32,000 nt of DNA, from NCBI RefSeq assembly GCF_000446015.1, contig NC_022093.1, forward strand, positions 270,001 through 302,000. The letters run 5' to 3'. This DNA comes from Thermofilum adornatum. GTDB taxonomy: Archaea > Thermoproteota > Thermoprotei > Thermofilales > Thermofilaceae. The notes under the pieces were generated by a model that saw only the letters and a program-made list of their open reading frames with translations, had not been told where the DNA came from and did no database searches. Positions 26,474 through 32,000 of this stretch are shown in pieces. Position 1 is the first letter of the stretch, and each line of letters begins with the position of its first letter. Both the position numbers and the translations under genes were made by a program.

Positions 26474-27088
26474 CTATTGGGACAAGAGGAGTAACTTGGA
26501 CTGTAGTCTGAGTAGACGGTAGGGGGATGTCTTTGTTATTGCTCCTTTTTCTTTGAGCTTGCTGATTCTTTGTCCGAGCTCCTGTTTGGAGACACCTAGT
26601 TTGTCTGCGGCTTCCTCGAATGTGTTCGAGTTTGCCAGTGCTCTGACTGTTGCTAGCTCTTCTTCACTAAGGGGGCTAGTTGGCGTGGGAAATAGTTTTT
26701 CTAGTGTGAGATATACTGTTTCTTCCACTATTTGCATTATTTCCTCGGTGTCTATGAGGTGGAAATAGTCTGGGATGAGTAGAACCTCTATTCCTAGTTC
26801 CCTAGCCGTGATTCTGGCCGCTTCGTCGGAGAATCCCCTGGCAACTATGAGTGGTTTTCCTCCGGCTAGCTTCGCATTGGTGTATGCTTGCCGGATGTCC
26901 GTGACGGAGATTTTTCCTGACTTTACTTCTACGTAGTATGTTTCTCCTTCCTTCTTTGCTACGAGGTCTATCTCCGCTATGGGTCTCCCGTCTACAATAA
27001 GAGTGTGTCTGGTCTTTTCCACTGTGTAGCCTTCTAGCTCTAGTATGAGCTGTGCAAGCATTTCCACCCATAGTCCTTTGCTAGCCAC
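26474..27088 (-). CDS. PD-(D/E)xK nuclease-fold protein (Hjc/NucS-C-like core) with a C-terminal helix-turn-helix domain
   Basis: 204 aa. N-terminal helix KGLWVEMLAQLILELEGYTV (compare the KG..VE......L...G motif of Hjc), then AEIDLVAKK (Asp) and YYVEVKSGK (E-x-K). The C-terminal ~60 aa LSEEELATVRALANSNTFEEAADKLGVSKQELGQRISKLKEKG look like a LuxR/HTH_10-type HTH. The GTG start overlaps the upstream stop by 8 nt. Confidence 0.6.
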   Translation of the reverse strand: MASKGLWVEMLAQLILELEGYTVEKTRHTLIVDGRPIAEIDLVAKKEGETYYVEVKSGKISVTDIRQAYTNAKLAGGKPLIVARGFSDEAARITARELGIEVLLIPDYFHLIDTEEIMQIVEETVYLTLEKLFPTPTSPLSEEELATVRALANSNTFEEAADKLGVSKQELGQRISKLKEKGAITKTSPYRLLRLQSKLLLLSQ

Positions 27089-28145
27089 GGCTGGCCACCC
27101 ATAGGCTTGAGAACATTTCTCGAGCTTGGTCCAGTGTGAGCTTTTCGCTGTGTAGAGTTTCCTTTTCTTCTTGTAGCCTCAGCTTTGCCACTGATGGGGT
27201 GAAGCGCCATAGATGATAGGTAAGGAATTCTTCTAGTGTTGACACTTGTGAATAGTATTCTCTATATGTCCTTGCTAGGATCGAGTCTATGGTTCCCTCG
27301 TCTTCTACTTCGTGTTTCTCGGACAGCTTGAGCTCGTATAGGCCCCTGTAGGGACAGAATCTACAGCTAACCCTCGGCAAGCCCTGGATGTAGTGGGGGT
27401 GGACGAGGCCTTCTTTTTTCAGTAATTCTGCTATCTCGGTTATTGTCAGGTCGTGTACGAGGTTTATTACTCCCCCATTAAGGTAGATGCCCTTATTTGC
27501 TAGGCTGGACAGACGCTCGTATCTTTTGCCGGCCTCAAGCGCCCTCTCTGCCTTAGCTTCTATTTCTGCTTTTATCTTCTTTTTTACTTCTCTAAGGCTC
27601 CGTGTTTTAAGGTATGTGCACCATCTGTCTCCCCTCTTCGGGAGCCCCTGGGTAGCCATATAGTAGAGTAGCTTGTTTTTGTCCGGCGTGGTTGTTTCGA
27701 GGGGGACATCTAGTTTTGAGGCTATCTTCTCCACGAAGCTGTAGTTCTCGGTGGGCTCTAGTAGGGGCATGTGGATGTATACAGCTGTAAGCTTGAAGCT
27801 GACTTTTTCTCTCAGCTTTGTCAGAAGGATTAGGTTAGCTGTGCTGTCTTTTCCGCCGCTGAGGTCTGCCATTATGTGTTTTCCTTCGATGTTCTTGCCG
27901 TACTTTGCAAGAATGTAGTTAATTCTTTCGTCTACGTTGTCGAAGCGTTTCGCGAGACTCTCGTTTGTGGGCGGCTCGTATACGGCATTATAGAATGGCC
28001 CATTTCCAGTATAGAGTGAGCCAGAGTCGTTAGACCAAAGAAATATCTTTGCCACGTCTCCATGTGTGTATTCGACGAAGTCCGAGAAGGTCCTAACATA
28101 GCCTACAAGCTGGCCAGAATTGAAAACGGGGTATCTCTCCATCAC
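27081..28145 (-). CDS. PAPS-reductase-like PP-loop ATP pyrophosphatase family protein (PF01507-like) with an extra ~95-aa N-terminal domain
   Basis: 354 aa. PP-loop ADLSGGKDSTA and an RWCTYLK motif. There are exactly three Cys (RWC, SCRFC), a pattern compatible with Fe-S ligation as in related thiolation enzymes. No sulfate-assimilation partners are nearby. Confidence 0.78.
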   Translation of the reverse strand: MMERYPVFNSGQLVGYVRTFSDFVEYTHGDVAKIFLWSNDSGSLYTGNGPFYNAVYEPPTNESLAKRFDNVDERINYILAKYGKNIEGKHIMADLSGGKDSTANLILLTKLREKVSFKLTAVYIHMPLLEPTENYSFVEKIASKLDVPLETTTPDKNKLLYYMATQGLPKRGDRWCTYLKTRSLREVKKKIKAEIEAKAERALEAGKRYERLSSLANKGIYLNGGVINLVHDLTITEIAELLKKEGLVHPHYIQGLPRVSCRFCPYRGLYELKLSEKHEVEDEGTIDSILARTYREYYSQVSTLEEFLTYHLWRFTPSVAKLRLQEEKETLHSEKLTLDQAREMFSSLWVASRG

Positions 28146-28163
28146 GGAGGCTTCACTTTTGCT

Positions 28164-28808
28164 CTAGATTATTTCTACACGGACCTTGCCTGCGAGCTTT
28201 TTCGCAAAGTTTTCGGCATCGTTCTTGTTGCCGACTATTGCTCCATAGTGCATTGGTATCGCTATTTCCGGCATGATTGTTTCTGCGGCCTTAACGGCCT
28301 CGTTCCAGTCCATTACGTAGGTGCCACTCACTGGTAAGAGTGCTACCTGGACTTTTCCTCTCAGGTTAGACATTTCTGGGATGAGGTCTGTGTCGCCGGC
28401 ATGATATATTGCTACTCCACCTATCCTGACCACTACGCCTATCCCCCTATACTCTTTGGGATGGAACCTTTTCCCAATGTTATATGCTGGAACCGCCTCG
28501 ATTGCAACGTTCCTGACCTCTATCTTGTCTCCGGGGTTGAGGAGCTTGTATTCTAGTCCAAGCTGTTTCACCTTCGCCATGCAGTTTGTGCTTGCGATGA
28601 TGACGGTGTCTTTTTTGGCCACCTTTTTCACGTCATCGGGACTGCAGTGGTCATAGTGGTCGTGTGTGCAGATAACTATGTCGGCGTCATGGGGCTCTGA
28701 GGATATCTGGAAAGGGTCGATGTAGATGGTTGTGTTGTGGCCTGTTATTTTGAAGGACGCGTGTAAAAAGTGTGTGATGGTTATTCCTTTGTATTCTATT
28801 GTACCCAT
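28164..28808 (-). CDS. Small metallo-beta-lactamase-fold hydrolase (UlaG-like / COG2220-type)
   Basis: 214 aa. HxHxDH motif in ICTHDHYDHC, with later His/Asp ligand positions (YHAGDTD, PMHYG). Confidence 0.82.
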   Translation of the reverse strand: MGTIEYKGITITHFLHASFKITGHNTTIYIDPFQISSEPHDADIVICTHDHYDHCSPDDVKKVAKKDTVIIASTNCMAKVKQLGLEYKLLNPGDKIEVRNVAIEAVPAYNIGKRFHPKEYRGIGVVVRIGGVAIYHAGDTDLIPEMSNLRGKVQVALLPVSGTYVMDWNEAVKAAETIMPEIAIPMHYGAIVGNKNDAENFAKKLAGKVRVEII

Positions 28809-28848
28809 GTTAACATTTTAGACTTGCCAGAAATTTATTCTTTGCGTG

Positions 28849-29160
28849 TCAAACAATTTTTAGTATGGGCTGTCCCTGTTTCACGACGTCTCCTTCTTTA
28901 ACATATATCTCGGCAACTGTTCCCTCAAGGTTGGATTTGACTTCGATGAGTGTCTTCATTGCCTCGATTTTTGCAATTACGTCTCCCTTGGAGACTTTTT
29001 GCCCCTGAGAAACGACTATCTGGTTAATTTTTCCCGTGATGGGGGCGATTATTGTGTCTTTGGCTGTCGGCTGAGCTTCGACTTTCTTTATTACGCCTGT
29101 CTGGAAGACAGATAAGACTGTTTGTAGGGAAGGCTCTCCTTCTGGTACTTCTACTTCCAC
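28849..29160 (-). CDS. Biotin carboxyl carrier protein / biotinyl-domain subunit. Start is uncertain and may extend to ~29215.
   Basis: Biotinyl domain with IEAMKTLIEVKS (AMK biotinylation motif) and flanking hammerhead strands (PITGKINQIVVSQGQKVSKGDVIAKIEAMK...GTVAEIYVKEGDVVKQGQPILKI). The track start is the GTG at 29160. The frame stays open upstream and encodes the family-typical N-terminal strand. See findings. Confidence 0.85.
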   Translation of the reverse strand: MEVEVPEGEPSLQTVLSVFQTGVIKKVEAQPTAKDTIIAPITGKINQIVVSQGQKVSKGDVIAKIEAMKTLIEVKSNLEGTVAEIYVKEGDVVKQGQPILKIV

Positions 29161-29216
29161 CTCGTATGCTTCTCCTTCAAATATTACTAGGAACTTTTTT
29201 CTCGTAGGCGACCACC

Positions 29217-29384
29217 TTAGTATGCAGCTAAAATGTCCTGCTCAGATATGTCAATGTAATATCCTATTCTCCAAGCGTTGAATGCAGCTTCCCGCTGGAG
29301 TAGGGTGTGTTTGGTTCTTCTCTTCTTTGTCTCTAGGTAGGCTATGACGGCCGCTAGTATGATTGCCCTCCTGTTTGGCTCCAT
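29217..29384 (-). CDS. Unlisted 55-aa ORF between the carboxyltransferase and the biotin carrier. Candidate small accessory (epsilon-like) subunit.
   Basis: My hand translation: MEPNRRAIILAAVIAYLETKKRRTKHTLLQREAAFNAWRIGYYIDISEQDILAAY. The ATG lies 8 nt after the carboxyltransferase stop and is preceded by GTGATC, which is complementary to the archaeal 16S 3' end. The stop TAA at 29219-29217 abuts the GGTGG upstream of the carrier gene. No homology established. Confidence 0.4.
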   Translation of the reverse strand: MEPNRRAIILAAVIAYLETKKRRTKHTLLQREAAFNAWRIGYYIDISEQDILAAY

Positions 29385-29392
29385 CTTGATCA

Positions 29393-30934
29393 CTATACTG
29401 GAGGTATTCCATGTTTACGTGGCGGCCTAGCATGTTTCTCTCTTTTGTCCCTCAGGAAAGCCAGCGCCTTGAATATGTATCCTCTTGTTTCCCGCGGCAG
29501 GATAACGTCGTCGACGTATCCCCTTGAAGCTGCAAAGAATGGGGTAGTGATTTCTCTGCGGTACTTTTCTGCAAACTCTTTTGCTAGCTCTTCTGGATTT
29601 TGTGCTTTTTCAAGTTCCTTTTTGTATATGATCTCTATGGCTTCCTTGGGACCCATGACTGCTATTTCTGCAGTGGGCCATGCTAATACATAGTCTGCAC
29701 CTAGATGCCTGCTTGACATAGCTATGTAGGCTCCACCGTAAGCCTTACGCATAATGACGGTTATCTTGGGAACCGTAGCTTCGGAATATGCATAGATGAT
29801 TTTAGCTCCGTGCCTTATGACGCCTCCATGCTCCTGGAATGTTCCGGGCAGGAAGCCTGGGACATCTACCAGCGTGACTATTGGAAAATTGAATGCGTCA
29901 CAAAACATGACGAACCTAGAGATCTTGTCTGCAGAATCTATGTCTAGGCTTCCAGCGGCAACCGCCGGCTGGTTAGCCACGACACAGACAGGGCACCCCC
30001 CGAGCCTCGCGAATCCTACAACGGCGTTTGTTGCAAAAAGCGCATGGACCTCCAAGAATGAGCCTTTGTCGAATATCTTGTCGATTACCTCTTTGACGTC
30101 ATACGGTTTTAGCGGGTCTTCTGGGACAATGCTATCTAGCTGTGGGTCTTCCCTGAACGGGTCATCTCCTGTATCGATGCAGGGAGGATCCTCTGTGTTG
30201 TTGCTTGGCAGGTAGCTTAGGAGCGTCTTTATGATTTCTATTGCGTGGTCGTCGTTTTCTGCCAGGAAGTGGGCTACCCCGCTTTTTGTTGCATGTACCT
30301 CCGCGCCTCCTAGCTCTTCAAATGTGACCTCCTCCCCTATAGATGCTTTGACAACTTTTGGCCCAGTAATGAACATGTAGCTCTTCCTTGTCATTATAAT
30401 GAAGTCTGCAAGGGCCGGAGAGTATACCGCGCCTCCTGCGGCTGGTCCCATTATTGCTACTATTTGGGGGACTACTCCGCTTGCTAACACGTTTCTGTAA
30501 AAGATCTCGCCATAGCCCTTAAGCGAGTCGACGCCTTCCTGTATCCTTGCTCCACCCGAATCATTGAGACCTATGAGCGGGACCCCGAGCTTGAGTGCTA
30601 GCTCTATTGTTCTGGCAATTTTTGATGCATGCATTTCTCCAACGCTTCCACCCATGAAGCTGAAGTCCTGTGCATACACAGCTATCTTACGTCCATTTAC
30701 TGTCCCTAGACCAGCCAGGACGCCGTCGCCATAGGCTTTCTTTGTTTCCATTCCGAAGCCTGTCGCCCTGTGAGTTATGTAGCGGTGAAGGGGTATAAAG
30801 GAGTCTTTGTCCAGCAACTTTTCTAGCCTTTCGTGGGCTGAGAGGCGGCCCTGCTCGTGGATTTTCTTTAAGAAGTCTTCGGGAGGCCTTAGCGTCTGCA
30901 TTCTCTTATCTAGAATATCTGGAAAACTCGACAT
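29393..30934 (-). CDS. Acyl-CoA carboxyltransferase subunit (propionyl-CoA carboxylase beta / methylmalonyl-CoA decarboxylase alpha family)
   Basis: 513 aa. Family-typical GRLSAHERLEKLLD, GDGVLAGLGTVNGRKIAVYAQDFSFMGGSVGEMH, NDSGGARIQEG, MGPAAGGAVYSPALADF, FITGPKVV, VVANQPAVAAGSLD and DVPGFLPG. Confidence 0.92.
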   Translation of the reverse strand: MSSFPDILDKRMQTLRPPEDFLKKIHEQGRLSAHERLEKLLDKDSFIPLHRYITHRATGFGMETKKAYGDGVLAGLGTVNGRKIAVYAQDFSFMGGSVGEMHASKIARTIELALKLGVPLIGLNDSGGARIQEGVDSLKGYGEIFYRNVLASGVVPQIVAIMGPAAGGAVYSPALADFIIMTRKSYMFITGPKVVKASIGEEVTFEELGGAEVHATKSGVAHFLAENDDHAIEIIKTLLSYLPSNNTEDPPCIDTGDDPFREDPQLDSIVPEDPLKPYDVKEVIDKIFDKGSFLEVHALFATNAVVGFARLGGCPVCVVANQPAVAAGSLDIDSADKISRFVMFCDAFNFPIVTLVDVPGFLPGTFQEHGGVIRHGAKIIYAYSEATVPKITVIMRKAYGGAYIAMSSRHLGADYVLAWPTAEIAVMGPKEAIEIIYKKELEKAQNPEELAKEFAEKYRREITTPFFAASRGYVDDVILPRETRGYIFKALAFLRDKREKHARPPRKHGIPPV

Positions 30935-30953
30935 TGCACCTACCTCGACCTAT

Positions 30954-31520
30954 TTATTCGAGTTCAAGAACCCACGCCTCAAATTCCCCTCCGCTAACCC
31001 TTATCTTGACTAGCTCGGCTCCACGTTGAACCGCGTCTGATACAAGGGATAAATGTCTCTGCAACTTTGAAACGGCCTCCAGCCAGTCTCCATTGGGTGC
31101 ACGTAGACCCTGTGGAACTTTTAGAGCGGCGAGAATCTTGTCGGGAACGCTGTTCGGGTTGACTGTTGTAAGTGTAGTTCCCGGATTCAGCGGCTGTAGT
31201 GAGCTGGTTGGAATGACTAGGCCCTTGATAGCTAGGTAAGCTGTCTCGCTGGTTTTAACTGTTAGGGTGTTTTGTGCTGTGCCTGTCCTCCAGGATTCCA
31301 TTTGCTTGTCATCGGCTAGAATCTCTGCTTTGCCTGTGGTGCCGAAGACTACCTTTTCCTGTAGTTCGAGGGTTATTGATCCTTGACGTATCTCGATTAC
31401 TGGAGCCGTCGGCGGGTTAAATACTAGGAGGTTTGCTGATGCATGGAGGTATTTGTCTACGGATGATAGTGGATTAGGTGAGATATAGGACCTGTGGGAT
31501 GAACGTATGACGATCGTCAT
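30954..31520 (-). CDS. Hypothetical protein, possibly a truncated/degenerate AHS2 (KipA/PxpC-like) domain
   Basis: 188 aa. The segment SANLLVFNPPTAPVIEIRQGSITLELQEKVVFGTTGKAEILADDKQMESWRTGTAQNTLTVKTSETAYLAIKG lines up with my recollection of the AHS2 consensus (AN.LVGN....A.LE....G..L.F......A.TGA......DG.....W....V..G..L..G......R.YLAV.GG). It ends 19 nt upstream of the carboxyltransferase gene. The function call is weak. Confidence 0.3.
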   Translation of the reverse strand: MTIVIRSSHRSYISPNPLSSVDKYLHASANLLVFNPPTAPVIEIRQGSITLELQEKVVFGTTGKAEILADDKQMESWRTGTAQNTLTVKTSETAYLAIKGLVIPTSSLQPLNPGTTLTTVNPNSVPDKILAALKVPQGLRAPNGDWLEAVSKLQRHLSLVSDAVQRGAELVKIRVSGGEFEAWVLELE

Positions 31521-31613
31521 CTGGAGCGCACCTGTTTTTTGTTGTAAATTGTTTGTGGTATAAAACGGTTGTGCAATTTTTGTTAAACAATTGTCGAAAG
31601 CTCTGAGCGAAGA

Positions 31614-32000
31614 CTAGACGACCCAGTCTTCTACTTTCCTGTCTCTAAGGATCAATACTCTGAGAAAGCCTGCGAGGAGTATTGACAGCCAGAACAATTG
31701 GTATATGTATAGGTACAATGGGTAAAGATACAAATATGTCTTTGATTTTACTACTCGTGCCGCAATGTAATGCCATAGAGAGAATAGAACAAGTGGAATA
31801 AAGAAAGCTCCAACGGTTAAGAGATATGAGAGATGTATGTTTATGGCTATGATTGACGCGAATGGGAGGAACTGGTTGATGAACGTGGAGAGGGTGAGTG
31901 CTACCAGATAGGCTGTTTTTTCTATAGAGTGGTTGTAAAGGGAGAATGCTAAGAGAGTTGTCAGTAGGGATGGCAAAGCATAGATTAATGCTGGGATTAT
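31614..32000 (-). CDS. Polytopic membrane protein, 5'-truncated by the window edge
   Basis: The track starts it at the TTG at 31976, but the frame is open to position 32000 (IIPALIYA precedes it), so the gene probably continues beyond the window. It has 3-4 hydrophobic helices. No family recognised. Confidence 0.5.
   Translation of the reverse strand: MIPALIYALPSLLTTLLAFSLYNHSIEKTAYLVALTLSTFINQFLPFASIIAINIHLSYLLTVGAFFIPLVLFSLWHYIAARVVKSKTYLYLYPLYLYIYQLFWLSILLAGFLRVLILRDRKVEDWVV

Noticed and set aside
29194-29202. A AAA AAG heptamer, resembling the classic -1 programmed frameshift slippery site
   Set aside because: In the carrier frame the codons are AGA AAA AAG, so a -1 slip would leave the carrier frame rather than enter it. 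Joining the coupled GTG frame to the carrier frame needs a +1 shift. I therefore do not call a dnaX-type -1 PRF. The A-run anomaly is reported as a finding instead.
29251-29433. 60-aa track ORF (MLGRHVNMEYLQYSDQDG...) in the CT/BCCP spacer
   Set aside because: It overlaps the last 41 nt of the carboxyltransferase gene and has no ribosome-binding context. Its product is polar and unstructured. The 55-aa ORF in the other frame (29217-29384) fits the stop/start junctions on both sides much better. Neither is proven.
29796-30215. 139-aa plus-strand ORF inside the carboxyltransferase gene
   Set aside because: It is antisense to a gene with unmistakable family motifs. The product is low-complexity and Ser/Thr-rich.
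1-32000. Searched for CRISPR repeats, tRNA/rRNA genes, IS elements, integrases, long direct or inverted repeats, and prophage or plasmid hallmarks
   Set aside because: No periodic repeat-spacer pattern is present. All non-coding gaps are under 175 nt and AT-rich, which is unlike the GC-rich structured RNAs of thermophiles. No ORF has transposase, integrase or recombinase motifs that I can recognise.

Overview
The window is gene-dense: about 30 protein genes, roughly 90% coding, and only short AT-rich spacers. It looks archaeal. My best guess is a hyperthermophilic crenarchaeon of the Desulfurococcales type. That guess is an inference from several features: an archaeal-length IleRS, a GTPBP1-like GTPase, an Opp-type ABC transporter whose binding protein has a C-terminal membrane anchor, TATA-like boxes about 30 nt upstream of starts, frequent GTG/TTG starts, and 4-8 nt gene overlaps.

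Most of the content is housekeeping:
- ileS, ppa, and a nucleotide/DNA-repair neighbourhood (dcd-type deaminase, nth, surE).
- A CoADR/NADH-oxidase-type flavoprotein and a GH57 glucan enzyme.
- A five-gene Opp/Dpp-type ABC transporter with an Lrp/AsnC regulator upstream.
- A biotin-enzyme cluster with a carboxyltransferase and a biotin carrier.

I found no rRNA, tRNA, CRISPR array, transposase or integrase.

The parts most worth a second look are:
1. An orphan PAPS-reductase-like PP-loop protein that is translationally coupled to a PD-(D/E)xK nuclease-fold protein with an HTH tail, next to a small MBL-fold hydrolase (26.5-28.8 kb).
2. The biotin-carrier gene. Its conserved N-terminal strand is encoded in frame but has no canonical start codon. 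The only coupled GTG lies one frame away across an A6 run. An unlisted 55-aa ORF also sits between the carboxyltransferase and the carrier.
3. Two DUF72 paralogs, one fused to a variant SWIM zinc finger and embedded among DNA-repair and nucleotide genes.
4. Several unusual surface or membrane proteins.

All family calls come from motifs I recognise by eye. No database search was run, so they are hypotheses until an HMM or BLAST search confirms them.
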